The position numbers and the translations under genes are program-made. Under the pieces are notes generated by a model. It was not told the origin of the DNA, did not search any database, and saw nothing but the letters and a program-made list of their open reading frames with translations. Positions 38,801-47,338 of a DNA stretch of 58,163 nucleotides are shown piece by piece. The DNA is taken from IMG/VR virus record IMGVR_UViG_3300032236_000551, positions 1 through 58,163 of that record; one strand, given 5' to 3'. This DNA is from a virus. Lineage: Duplodnaviria; Caudoviricetes. Each line of letters opens with the position of its first letter. Positions within the stretch are counted from its first letter, which is position 1.

Positions 38801-39595
38801 TAACAATTCAACGAAATTTGTATCATCAGTACTATCGAGAGGTAACTTGGATAAAATTAAATCGATATGATAACGATGCGCACCTGGAGCTGCAAAGTTG
38901 TAAGATGTTTGAGCATTGTCAAGAAGTGTTTCATCATCTTCTGGAACAATTAATGATTCAACGATATTAAGACCAACACGATAGGAAGGTGCATCGCTGT
39001 ACTTATCTAAAACAATAGTTTGTGCGCCACCAGTTACTGGATCAGCACAAAGGGTAAAGAATCCATTAACATAGTAAACACCCCTTTGAACTGTAGCCAA
39101 AGAGCCAACACCAGTTGGAGAAGATGCTGCTACTTGAAATGGGAAATTTGTACCATCATCAATGGTTACAGTTTCGCTTGGAGCAAATGTTTGTGTAGTA
39201 CCATCAGTGGCGGAAGAAGTATAACGAACAAAAATTGTGGTTGGATCAGAAACAGTCGCTCTTGCAACTTTAATAATTTGGGCTTTAATTCCGTTTGAAC
39301 CAGTAACAAATTTGCCTTCAAGATTCTGAACGAATGTTTCCACATTAACGCCACCATATGATGGCAACAGTTTTACATATTGAGCCTTAGTGTCAATAGA
39401 AACCTGTCCAGGGATAACCATAGCACCCTGTTTGTATAAAGAATCGCCATTTCTGGAAACTTGTTTTTGGAGAATTGTTTGTAACTGAGTTAATTCTCTT
39501 GCTTGAACCGCAAACGCAGGGCGAAAGAGGACACGATAAAATTTATTATCCTCATTATAATCGTCATTATACGGTTCGGTGTTGAAATTAAGCAT
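32807..39595 (-). CDS. giant baseplate/virion structural protein (DUF4815 / VrlC-like)
   Basis: NFNTEPYNDD...FYRVLFRP..AVQARELTQLQTILQ, APGAHR, LARRTYDEAGNY, RYTMRDIGRLESRI..LEYYTSLSLLE, DPLAETF. Confidence 0.88.
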   Translation of the reverse strand: MLNFNTEPYNDDYNEDNKFYRVLFRPAFAVQARELTQLQTILQKQVSRNGDSLYKQGAMVIPGQVSIDTKAQYVKLLPSYGGVNVETFVQNLEGKFVTGSNGIKAQIIKVARATVSDPTTIFVRYTSSATDGTTQTFAPSETVTIDDGTNFPFQVAASSPTGVGSLATVQRGVYYVNGFFTLCADPVTGGAQTIVLDKYSDAPSYRVGLNIVESLIVPEDDETLLDNAQTSYNFAAPGAHRYHIDLILSKLPLDSTDDTNFVELLKVTSGGLNRIVNTTQYNVLEDTLARRTYDEAGNYTVTPFNIDVREARTNDRGSWASSPTTYLIGDIVSNAGNYYTAKNSGTSGTAVPPTHTTGSVYDGSGNTGVQWEYTPKPYFNRGITLDGSDDQLAIGFEPGKAYVQGYEITKVATEYVYIDKCRDSSHQVQVTAALAPQTVGNYVMVEAINGLPPVETFDIVSLYNQFTMQATTNLTGNLTAATNTTAVSGSGTAFTTELVVGSNIYNSSGVYVGTVASITNNTNLVLVANAEVAISATTAKKDGRGTTSGTQVGTARVRFVEWDSGTIGTQTAYYKLGLFDIKMSGTYNFATDVKSVFFNNSAGATTYDFTADIVPVITQLIGSVTASNSTTITGSGTSFQTQLAVGNYVYFGAIGRYRRVTAVNSQTSITVDAAITVTGSTISRITTQILEPQYETTLFRLPYFAVKSATAADGTNRIYYTAYEKFSGTTSSGSGGSCTLTISATSGNMISAAQVDNYQLVDNTTGLTVPISSSNINVTGSSTTFTLSDTYASRSFSIIGAVVKTGSSLTRKSKTLSAPYTVTFTSKAAATASIISLGKADGYRLISVMMDSGTFTAPSGNYTIDIMDRYTFDDGQKSSYYDLAKINLIPSFAPPNAPIQVTFEYFTHGNGDYITVDSYTGIDYKKIPFFGNIPLRDCIDFRPRIDDNGSTFTSASNTGQSCLVPKRGVDFEVDFSYYLARTDKIALDRKGNFFQIKGNPGLPPTDPPDPNLGMLLYTLNLEPYTFTTTSGSVVTKKVENKRYTMRDIGRLESRINTLEYYTSLSLLEQETQSTAILDSTTGLQRYKNGFVVDNFSGHSVGDVSNPDYLCSIDMQNNVLRPFFSMKNVNMIEKVSNNSDRAAANYQLTGQLITLPIIDTPVLVQQPYGSRLENINPFAIFTFLGNVSINPPNDDWFETDRRPDIINNVEGDFNTISTLAQKAGVLGTVWNAWQTQWTGTPVSTGVVQYVGDKRGLGVVGWRDGLASNTDAGTIDAMFGDLSYQGGWAHRAVQAETIATQIGQSRTGVTTSVVAKIDTQLVADRILSTAVIPYIRSRNILVQTTGLKPLTQMYPFFDEQSVDQFCTPATQISLKPSTIVGTFDDHSNVGNAAVGAARQVSGDTQVCLNTGDVITGGTSGATAVIVGKENILDNNVITSVNLYVVNIQGTFQANETITGSISGATAAIKTAPTTAVAGNAIMTDTNGKCQFLFNIPQTDSIRFRCGNRTLTLTDSQTNSVALSKGSAIYEATGVLQTKQATYNAVRNGQIVQNQVTDTQTITQTQQRVVSDTGWYDPLAETFLVSSPGGAFITGVDLFFATKDKSIPVHIEIREVVNGYPGTTILPFSSVSLNPEQVNISTNKVTLPDGSQVPSYDTPTRFTFPSPVYLNDATSYALVVASDSNGYNAWVARMGDQIPGSSRTISQQPYNGVLFKSQNGSTWSADQNEDLMFTIYRAKFDTTVVGNVEFVNDVLPTTYLDPDPFETNTGSAKLKVFHPNHGLTPNSLVTISNTDDTKVHGVTATGAVTTSTGSATVTGHSSAFTTDVGTTTVGQGCVLYTAETTPRYIGVVASVSSDTALTLVSNSAITLATNTAFKVVQPVNGIPATEIYKSQTVSVVVDFDSYIINTTTTAKKYGYGGGSTVAVNGQIAYNTLQPNAQMQTFSETSSLFSMKTTTGTSVNGVEAPYYTDDAFVGVALGDNNYYPSTRLVASQQNENFYLAGNKSVSMLCTMTTTRDTVSPVLDTTRLSLIAVANKVNSPAYTYTNQSGIDDAAFANQNTAIAFTSTGISTSDSTTQAVFLTAKVGAYLTISNVTTHTTNNGTYKVLAVATDGSSITLGGSFVSQSAGDTITITQGNTFVDDIAPYGSSTLSNYVTKKINLNTPANTLKVTVSVNSPTNSNISVYYKLNPVGNATPFNALPYTLLAPDSTLPKVQFGDNTYTDVSFTLNNTSLFDAMQVKLVLTSTNGSEVTSVKDLRVIACT

Positions 39596-39625
39596 ATTTC
39601 AGATCTTCTTTTATTGGTTATACAC

Positions 39626-39632
39626 TATTTAG
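39626..39632 (-). promoter_or_regulatory. T4-like late promoter (CTAAATA)
   Basis: CTAAATA immediately after the gp8 stop, upstream of ATG 39595. Confidence 0.65.
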
Positions 39633-39633
39633 T

Positions 39634-42522
39634 TTAGAATTTGATGACAGTTCTTAAAGTAACTGTCTCATCTTTGGAAGGAGTAAATCCTGCCTTGTTA
39701 TCAATAAACAAACAGTCACCAGAATATTTATCCACAGTTGGGTTACCTACTGCAGTAACTGTAAAGAATTGGTTTGTTGGGTTTGTCATAACATCAGAAA
39801 CCTGCGGAGGATCATTATCCAACATCTGAACCAACATACCAGTTCCGCTTGCATTAACAGAAACAATTCTATAATTTCTGTAGTAAACTGTATCATTTAC
39901 TGTTCTTGGAGTTGTTATAATCATGTCTGGTAAAAATGATGCAGTATCAAAAGACCCTTCAACAACAAAACAAGCAGAACCTAATGCTGAGTCATATCTA
40001 GTTGTTACACCATAACCACGAATATTTTTGATAATACCAACTTGACGATAATCGTTATTTACATCAAATCCTTGGTTTTTATCTAAAGAAACATTCGAAT
40101 AAAACATTAATGTTCTTGCAAATAATTCTTCATAGGCATCTTTACCATGACCACCAAATGGCGAAATAATTGCTCTAGCGGAAGCTGCATATCCGTTACC
40201 AGTAATAGTAACATTTGCATATGTATAACCAGAACCATAATTTGTCATGTTTATTTTAACAACTTTACCACCAGAAAGAATTGCAGAAGCTGCAGCACCT
40301 GTGCCATCACCTTCGATAGTTACAGTAGCAGTACCATATGCATACCCCTGACTAATAACTTGGATATTGTTTATAGAACCATCAGTTGTTAAAAGTTCAT
40401 TGTTTGCTTGAAGCGTATTGATATTACCAATAGCAATATCAGCTGTAAGAAGGGCATTAGCTCCATCACCAGTAACAGTAATAGTTGCAGCACTGTAACC
40501 AATACCTGGATCATCAACTTGAACGCCATTGATTTGACCATTTTCCAATAAAGGAATCAATTTTGCTTCTGATTTGATAGAAGTAAATGCTGCTGAGAAT
40601 CCTGAACCAGTAGTTGTATTGATAGTAATAGATGGGTTACCGTTGTAACCAGCACCATATTGTAATACTGCTTCACCAGAAGCAGCAGAACCAACATATG
40701 TAAAATACGCAGTTCCGTTTTGTTCAGTAACACCCAACGAAGCTCCTGTTGGTGCAGTAGAAGAATCTGTAGTTCCAGATGTTTTTACAGTATATAAACG
40801 ATTGGCGACAAAATATTGTTCTCCAACATTAACTGTTTTTGAAGCAGTCCAAGGAGTTCCAATTGTAACTGATGGGGGTGCTGTATAATTATTTCCAGGA
40901 TCTGTAATGATAATTCTTTTAACAACACCAGTAGGAGATAAATCAGTAACTGCTGTTGGCAGTTGTAACTCATTGGATAATGTATGCGACAATCCAGTAC
41001 CAGCAGATGTTAAATTAACAGCAGTTCCATTCATAGCATTTGCGTATGTGGTAGCTAATTTAACAGCAGTAGAAGAATTTTTAATAATATAGTATGTTGT
41101 ATTATTTACTAATCCACCAATGGTAGTTCCACCACCATTAGAGTACATAACTTTATCGCCATCAGAAAACCAATGAGATCCAATTGTAATAACTTCAGAA
41201 GTTGTATTAACTCCAGTACCAGCAAATGTTATTGTTGGAGGGGTAAAGGTTACAACTGGATTTGTGTTATATCCTGATCCGAATGAAATCAAATCAACTT
41301 CACGAACTCCACCAAGAACATTGACGGTAATCGCACCAGCGTTAAATGACGGGTATGCCTTTGGAACAGAACCAATAAATTTAAATGCAGCAGTTCCATT
41401 TTCAACAGTACCAGTTTTGTGCGTTGGTTCTACTGAACCAGTAGTTCCAGCCTGAACAACTTCATAGATATTATTTTCTGAAGATAAAAGTTTAACACCG
41501 AAATAATAAGAAGTATTTGCAGTCCATGAAGCTGCAGTATCCATAGGTTTAGCAATAGTGATTGTGTCACCATCTGAATAAGAAGAACCATGGCTTGTAT
41601 ATGTGATTGAAGATAAAAATACTGGATCTGCTTCTAAGTATCCATCTCCTGAAACACTCAATGTTGCTTGAGTATAATTAACTCCTCGATTCTGAATGAT
41701 AACAGATTCAATACCACCAGCAGAATAAAATTGTTGCGATAAAGCAGTAATAACAGGAATTTGGTCTGCAGTTAAAAACTTAGTTCTTAACGCAATTGGT
41801 ACATTATACATGTATTTCCAAATGTATCCATCTGCAAGAGTAATCGGTGCAACTTGTGTTCCAATTGGTTTGTTTACAGAGAATGCACCATTATTATTGT
41901 CTAAACATTTATAGACATTGAACTCATCAGTCATTACATAAAACTGAGATTCTTCTAATTTTTGAGAATTGCTTGGTGCTTTTGATAATACACCAACAGC
42001 ATGCGCTGGATCAGCTTCAGTTCCACCACCAACAAATGTTATTGCTGGAGGGTTAGTATAACCAGAACCAGTATGCGTCATAGTGCAACCAATGATTTTA
42101 CTATTATACATGGTTGCTGTAGCTGTAGCCTGAACTCCACCAAATAAATCTGGTGGATCGATAACAACAGTTGGAGTGCTAGTGTAAGTATTTCCACCAT
42201 CAGTTATATTAATACCAATAACTTCAGTAGAATACTGATCATCATAGATATCGTAAACTGTACCAGAAACCCAATCAATCCTTGGAATAACAAAGGCAAC
42301 ATCTGAAGGTTTAATTTCCTTCAGAGTAATAATTTCATTACGAGTTGCCTTTTCATATTTGTAAGAGTCAGTTGGAAATGGTGGTGCAGTTTCATCTTCC
42401 CATTTAATTGTCTTACCAAGGAAATAGTAGTATCTCGAATTACGAGATTGAACCTCTTTAAACAAGCCATCAGCGATGGTTTTGTGTAAGAGAGTTTTTA
42501 AAAGAGAAGATGTGATTGTCAT
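39634..42522 (-). CDS. gp8: baseplate wedge subunit, greatly expanded by insertions
   Basis: YYFLGK..W, VIPRIDWVSGTVYD.Y, FYVMTDEFNVYKCLDNN, DGYIWKYMY, GHGKDAYEEL, NDYRQVGII, DKYSGD.LFIDN. Confidence 0.88.
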   Translation of the reverse strand: MTITSSLLKTLLHKTIADGLFKEVQSRNSRYYYFLGKTIKWEDETAPPFPTDSYKYEKATRNEIITLKEIKPSDVAFVIPRIDWVSGTVYDIYDDQYSTEVIGINITDGGNTYTSTPTVVIDPPDLFGGVQATATATMYNSKIIGCTMTHTGSGYTNPPAITFVGGGTEADPAHAVGVLSKAPSNSQKLEESQFYVMTDEFNVYKCLDNNNGAFSVNKPIGTQVAPITLADGYIWKYMYNVPIALRTKFLTADQIPVITALSQQFYSAGGIESVIIQNRGVNYTQATLSVSGDGYLEADPVFLSSITYTSHGSSYSDGDTITIAKPMDTAASWTANTSYYFGVKLLSSENNIYEVVQAGTTGSVEPTHKTGTVENGTAAFKFIGSVPKAYPSFNAGAITVNVLGGVREVDLISFGSGYNTNPVVTFTPPTITFAGTGVNTTSEVITIGSHWFSDGDKVMYSNGGGTTIGGLVNNTTYYIIKNSSTAVKLATTYANAMNGTAVNLTSAGTGLSHTLSNELQLPTAVTDLSPTGVVKRIIITDPGNNYTAPPSVTIGTPWTASKTVNVGEQYFVANRLYTVKTSGTTDSSTAPTGASLGVTEQNGTAYFTYVGSAASGEAVLQYGAGYNGNPSITINTTTGSGFSAAFTSIKSEAKLIPLLENGQINGVQVDDPGIGYSAATITVTGDGANALLTADIAIGNINTLQANNELLTTDGSINNIQVISQGYAYGTATVTIEGDGTGAAASAILSGGKVVKINMTNYGSGYTYANVTITGNGYAASARAIISPFGGHGKDAYEELFARTLMFYSNVSLDKNQGFDVNNDYRQVGIIKNIRGYGVTTRYDSALGSACFVVEGSFDTASFLPDMIITTPRTVNDTVYYRNYRIVSVNASGTGMLVQMLDNDPPQVSDVMTNPTNQFFTVTAVGNPTVDKYSGDCLFIDNKAGFTPSKDETVTLRTVIKF

Positions 42523-42528
42523 TTTTTA

Positions 42529-42978
42529 TTAGCTTACTGTAACAACCCAAGTGATAGCGATAGAGTCGCCAGACGCTTTGTTAACTGCAGAGAAAGTAGT
42601 ACGGCAAAGCATTGTGCCGTTTGAAGATGCATTAAAGATACCTGCTTCAGTAACAGCACCAGTACCAGTACCAGCTGGGAAAGTAGCAGTGTAAGTAACA
42701 GTGTTAGTAGAAACAACAGTTGCTGATAGTGATACGCGACCACCTTCAGTACCGAGAGTTGTATCACCAGCAGCTGGAGAAGTAGTACCAGTACCAATAG
42801 CCATGTGAGTCATTGAAGCTGGGCTGTTAGTAGTTGCAGCGATTTTTGCAGCGATGTGGTTTTTACCAGTAGTAACTACCAAGTTTTTAACTTTGAATTC
42901 GTTAATAACTTCACCAGCTGCATTTTTGTGGACTACAGTAACCAGTCCAGTTGGTTTTAAATTTTCTTGTACATTCAT
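42529..42978 (-). CDS. baseplate / tail-fibre attachment protein (DUF3751-like fold)
   Basis: NLVVTTGK, THMAIGTG, TEAGIFN, MLCRTTF..VNK..GDSIAITW. Confidence 0.7.
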   Translation of the reverse strand: MNVQENLKPTGLVTVVHKNAAGEVINEFKVKNLVVTTGKNHIAAKIAATTNSPASMTHMAIGTGTTSPAAGDTTLGTEGGRVSLSATVVSTNTVTYTATFPAGTGTGAVTEAGIFNASSNGTMLCRTTFSAVNKASGDSIAITWVVTVS

Positions 42979-43012
42979 TTTAGGAATCTCCTATTAAGGG
43001 TTTAATTTTATA

Positions 43013-44863
43013 CTATGTGTAAGAGTTGGTGTCAACAGTTGAACCAAATTTCGCATCCACAGTATTGTCGTAAATAATCGGGTGGATGCTAAAGTAACCT
43101 CCCTGACTATATGGATTTAATGCTACATAACCATCATCGGCTGAAGACATAGTCTCTGTATCTGTAAGATATTTAGTTACATCTTTGGCGGAGATAGAAT
43201 CTGATGGAGTTGTAATAGAATCAGATAATGCCTTACCAGTGTCAATAGCAGAGATAGAATCTGATGGAGTTGTAATAGAATCAGATAATGCTTTACCAGT
43301 AAGGAAAGTTATATTACTATCTGATGGGGTATCAATTGAGTCTGCCAGTGGTTTTGTTGTAAATAATGTTGCTAAATCTGATGGGGTATCAATTGAGTCT
43401 GCCAGTGGTTTATTCATAGAGAATGTATGAAATTCACTCATTACTGGATAGTCATTGAGTGCTTTAGATACATCAAAAATTGGTCTATTTACATCAACCA
43501 TTGTTACAGTATCAGAAACCGTAACAGCAAGAATTTTGATAAGAGATTGTAAAGATACAGAAATATCAAAATTGTTTTGAATTAAGAATTCACCAAACAA
43601 AGCAGTTCCCGATGGGTGAACCATGGTTCTAACAGCAGTACGATATGTTGCTAGTCTTTCGTCAATTCTTAAAACATAAGAGAATGCTTGGTAGTATCTA
43701 CTATCTTGAATGAAAATTGCATCAGACAAGAAACCATCATTGGAAGAATAGTATCCTGGATATTTTGCAAGAGATCCAAGTTTAATACTTAATGTTGCTG
43801 GTTGGTGTAAATTGCTAACTGTAATACCACCCAATGGCTGAGCAGAGAATTCTCTTAAAACAGTACCAACATAAGTACCATCAGCATAGTTATCCGTATC
43901 TGTTCTGGCGTAATCATCACGGTTGATATAACCTTGTTCTGAAAAACCATTCATCACATCGATAATACTTAATCCACCTGGAACAGCATTGGCAGAAGAG
44001 TGTTCGCCACTTAATGGGGCATAGTAGTCTAATAGTGGGTTTACATCCACATTAAAATCTGTACCGTAATTAATACCAAACTTAATAAATTCTGCAGAAA
44101 GAATTCCACCATCTTGATCGATACGAGTTACCTTTACGATCGATCTAACACCACCACCATTCTTTAATTCAAATAGCTGACCTAATTTAAAACCAGTTCC
44201 TTTGTTTAGAACACTTAGCGTGGATGTTGTTGATACAATAGTTCCAGAAAATGTTTCCTTGTATCGGATAATATCACCAACTTGAATATTTCCAAAGAAT
44301 CTTCTATCAATAAAGATTTCAAAAACATTATTCGATAACTGAACTACTCGATCAACTTCAATCTCAACATATTGACGACGATCCACAAGAACCTTAAATG
44401 TTCTGTTTGGTTGAACAACATCAACCAATTTACCGTCAATCATATCTGGCGTACCAAGATCTACTCTAATGAATAGTGAAATATCTTGATTCCATCTACC
44501 ATCAGAAGCACGAAGCATCTGCTGACCTGGATAACCAACTTCTACGCTTTTGTTATAGAGTAAACGAAATAGAAGTTTAAAAGAACCTTCTGATCCTTTT
44601 GCTAGATACTGATCTTTGATATGTTGTAATAAAAATCTTTCATCTATTTGTATTTCTTTTGGTAACGCAGACGCTAGTTCTTTTTTAAAATATTGGATAA
44701 AGTTATCTAATGTTTTATCTAGATCTAGTGTAGATAAAAGATCAACACCTTGACTATCCAAATACTCATAATATGCTTCAACAAACGCAATGAATGTTGG
44801 ATAGTCTGACCTAACGAACTCAGGTACTTGAGAAGGAACTAAGGTTGATGTTGCTAATCTCAT
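43013..44863 (-). CDS. gp7: baseplate wedge initiator, gp7-like
   Basis: QVPEFVRSDYPTFIAFVEAYYEYL, YLAKGSEGSFKLLFRLLY, ASDGRW, IQDSRYYQAFSYV, VHPSG; lies between gp6 and gp8. Confidence 0.85.
   Translation of the reverse strand: MRLATSTLVPSQVPEFVRSDYPTFIAFVEAYYEYLDSQGVDLLSTLDLDKTLDNFIQYFKKELASALPKEIQIDERFLLQHIKDQYLAKGSEGSFKLLFRLLYNKSVEVGYPGQQMLRASDGRWNQDISLFIRVDLGTPDMIDGKLVDVVQPNRTFKVLVDRRQYVEIEVDRVVQLSNNVFEIFIDRRFFGNIQVGDIIRYKETFSGTIVSTTSTLSVLNKGTGFKLGQLFELKNGGGVRSIVKVTRIDQDGGILSAEFIKFGINYGTDFNVDVNPLLDYYAPLSGEHSSANAVPGGLSIIDVMNGFSEQGYINRDDYARTDTDNYADGTYVGTVLREFSAQPLGGITVSNLHQPATLSIKLGSLAKYPGYYSSNDGFLSDAIFIQDSRYYQAFSYVLRIDERLATYRTAVRTMVHPSGTALFGEFLIQNNFDISVSLQSLIKILAVTVSDTVTMVDVNRPIFDVSKALNDYPVMSEFHTFSMNKPLADSIDTPSDLATLFTTKPLADSIDTPSDSNITFLTGKALSDSITTPSDSISAIDTGKALSDSITTPSDSISAKDVTKYLTDTETMSSADDGYVALNPYSQGGYFSIHPIIYDNTVDAKFGSTVDTNSYT
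43170..43420. repeat. 19-20-aa tandem repeats K(A/P)L(S/A)DSI(T/D)TPSD at the gp7 C-terminus
   Basis: 60-nt period (gagatagaatctgatggagttgtaatagaatcagataatgc at 43191 and 43251) and 57-nt period (ctgatggggtatcaattgagtctgccagtggttt at 43321 and 43378). Confidence 0.85.
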
Positions 44864-46698
44864 TATGGTCTAATCGGAGTAAATGTATAGTTGAATCCAG
44901 CACCCAAGTCACCAGAAGCAGATTTATCTGCGATAACATTAACAACCAAATGGTCACGAGCAACTTCAGCAATTTGATGTAAGGCTGATACAACATCGTT
45001 TGCTTGAGGTTTCATTGAAATCTCAAAGTCAACATCTGCTAAATCAGTAATATACAAATTGTTGATTTCAATATAACCTTTAGCGTAATTGACAGTTCCA
45101 ATTGTTGGGTCTACAATATTTTTTTGATAGTTTTCATCCAAAGTATACAAACGAATGTAACCTGCGCCATCATCGTCTAGATAGTGAACCGTATCACTAC
45201 CGTGAATATAAAAACCAGTAGAATAGATAGCACCCTCTGCGATACCAGAGTTGTATAGTGGGTTAATGATGTTTAAAATATATTGTGCGGAAACATTATA
45301 CTTTACGATCAATTTTCTACGGAGTAGAACAGTCATTGTATTGTTTACGATTGCAGGATCTGCAGTATCGATCAATCTACTTAATTTTGAGTGACGGAAA
45401 ACGCCATCAAATTTTTGTAAATCAGAATCATCATAACCAAAAATTGTATTTGTTACAATTGTTTGAATTTGGCTTGGTGTTTTATTTGTTTTAAATGGAT
45501 CATAATTTACTGTAACATTTAAAGCAATGTTAATAAATTCTGGATCAAGAATTTCTGGAGAAACTGAAACCATGTTCTTCTTGTTCAGAACTGTATTTAA
45601 AATGTAGTTCTTTTGAAGATTAGTTAGTTTATCAGCATCAGTTGGATTTACGCAAATATAGACTTTACCGTAAATAGCTGGATAGTTATCCTCACCACCC
45701 CAAACAGAAACCGATTTAGCCTGTGGGAAATTTGATGTAATAAGAACCTTGTAATCTTCAGGGGTTACAGCACGATTTTGTGCTGCATATGCTCTTGGTG
45801 CATTGTATTTAATACTCTCAATAGTTTCAGAAGCACCACCACCAGTAGCAATCAGTTTAGTGGAAATGTTTACTGCACCACCAATCAAAGTAGCACCATT
45901 ATAATTAAATAATCTTGCTCCATTTGGTGAACCTAAACTAGAAACGAAATAGTTGATTGTTACAACATTACCATTTACTAAAGATTTTCCTAAGATTCCA
46001 TCACCGAAATAAATTTCTAATAAACCATTGTCAATCTCTTTAACAAAATATGCCAAAGTGTTGGAATCTAAATTATTAACAATATTACTAGCCAATGAGT
46101 AAGTAACAAAGTTACCAGAAGATGCATTGTCTTGAACTGTTACACGAACTGTTGATAAATCAACATTAGCGTTTGGAATAACAAATCTTTGTCCTGGTGA
46201 TACAGTATACTTAAATGATAGCGGAGTACCTTCAACTAATTCAACTGCAGAAAATACATATCCGTTAGCGCCACTACCAGTCGTATAGTCAGCTAAGTTA
46301 TAAAATGTATACTGAGTTTTATTTACGATTGTCTCAAATGGTTGATATGCTGGAAGAGTGGTAACTGTTGGTGTTGATGTTGGGTTTACGATACGAACAT
46401 CAACAATAGCACGAGCACAAGTGGCAGAACGAGGAACATAACCAAGCATTTTAGCAAGAGAAACTACGCTTGCTCTTTTTGAAGCTGAATCTAAAAATGA
46501 TTCATTGATTGCTAGGTTGGTATAAAGATTGTTGTAGTGAGTATTGTACGCTAAAACATCCATCAGGACTGAAAGACCAGATCCGTCAAAATCATAATCT
46601 TTAAATTGATCTTGCCCACGGAAAAAGTTTTTAAGATTTTCCTTGATATTGTCGAAGTCTAACTCGGCTACATTTATTCTATTATTGTCGATTGCCAT
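44863..46698 (-). CDS. gp6: baseplate wedge subunit
   Basis: ELDFDNIK.NLK, DYDFDGSGLSVLMDVLAYNTHY, ESFLDSA, YFGDG, QNRAVTPEDY, WGGED. Confidence 0.96.
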   Translation of the reverse strand: MAIDNNRINVAELDFDNIKENLKNFFRGQDQFKDYDFDGSGLSVLMDVLAYNTHYNNLYTNLAINESFLDSASKRASVVSLAKMLGYVPRSATCARAIVDVRIVNPTSTPTVTTLPAYQPFETIVNKTQYTFYNLADYTTGSGANGYVFSAVELVEGTPLSFKYTVSPGQRFVIPNANVDLSTVRVTVQDNASSGNFVTYSLASNIVNNLDSNTLAYFVKEIDNGLLEIYFGDGILGKSLVNGNVVTINYFVSSLGSPNGARLFNYNGATLIGGAVNISTKLIATGGGASETIESIKYNAPRAYAAQNRAVTPEDYKVLITSNFPQAKSVSVWGGEDNYPAIYGKVYICVNPTDADKLTNLQKNYILNTVLNKKNMVSVSPEILDPEFINIALNVTVNYDPFKTNKTPSQIQTIVTNTIFGYDDSDLQKFDGVFRHSKLSRLIDTADPAIVNNTMTVLLRRKLIVKYNVSAQYILNIINPLYNSGIAEGAIYSTGFYIHGSDTVHYLDDDGAGYIRLYTLDENYQKNIVDPTIGTVNYAKGYIEINNLYITDLADVDFEISMKPQANDVVSALHQIAEVARDHLVVNVIADKSASGDLGAGFNYTFTPIRP

Positions 46699-47318
46699 TA
46701 TCGTGTTCTCTCTAGTACTAGATTAAGAGTTTGTGGAGTCTGCGTATTCAAAATCGTAAACATAATGGAAACCGAAGCTGCATTATTGTCAGGATTGATT
46801 TTAACAGATACATCATTTAGTGTAACTCTTGGTTCAAAGTTATCTATTGTATGTCTAATTGTTCGCTCTAAAACAGCACTCAACAATGGAGTGGCTGGTT
46901 CAAACAATAGGGAATTGACCTGTGATCCTATTTCTGGATGGAATGGTCTTTCGTAATTCATTGTCATTATTAAGTTTTTAACAGACGCTTTAATAGCATT
47001 CTCGTTAAATCTAACAACCAAATCTGCAGGGTTTGAATATCTGTAGTGTTGGGCTGTTACAGCTGCATTTGCATTTTTAAATAGCTGTAAATGAGTTGTA
47101 TCAATTGTATCTTTTACCTTGCCAATATACACCCCATTTACTAATAGGTTTCTATATAACATGTCATACTTGGCAAAGTTGGTATTTGTTCCAACTACAA
47201 TATCGCTATTTGTTGTAGTTGTGATTAATCCTATCCCCTCGTTCACGATAGAATACATAGGAGAGGGTATAAAATTCAGATCTAAGTCTGTGAATGTTCT
47301 TGTATTTCTGGTAGCCAT
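46698..47318 (-). CDS. gp25: baseplate wedge / sheath initiator with ~70-aa insertion
   Basis: FTDLDLNF...AIKASVKNLIMT...ERPFHPEIGS...LLFE...FEPRV. Confidence 0.92.
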   Translation of the reverse strand: MATRNTRTFTDLDLNFIPSPMYSIVNEGIGLITTTTNSDIVVGTNTNFAKYDMLYRNLLVNGVYIGKVKDTIDTTHLQLFKNANAAVTAQHYRYSNPADLVVRFNENAIKASVKNLIMTMNYERPFHPEIGSQVNSLLFEPATPLLSAVLERTIRHTIDNFEPRVTLNDVSVKINPDNNAASVSIMFTILNTQTPQTLNLVLERTR

Positions 47319-47323
47319 TTAGT

Positions 47324-47330
47324 TATTTAG
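47324..47330 (-). promoter_or_regulatory. T4-like late promoter (CTAAATA)
   Basis: CTAAATA 5 nt upstream of the gp25 ATG; no RBS in between, so possibly a leaderless mRNA. Confidence 0.55.
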
Positions 47331-47338
47331 TATCGGTT

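Noticed and set aside
43170-43420. CRISPR-like repeat-spacer pattern (also at 11085-11545 and 31400-31640)
   Set aside because: Periods are multiples of three, lie inside long ORFs and encode peptide repeats; no unique spacers of constant length, no leader, no cas genes.
10019-47322. Many 60-140 aa alternative-frame and antisense ORFs in the track (e.g. 11230..11568, 27309..27728, 29633..30046)
   Set aside because: They are shadows of Thr/Gly/Ser-rich codon bias within well-supported genes, giving Val/Leu/Pro-rich nonsense with no recognisable motif.
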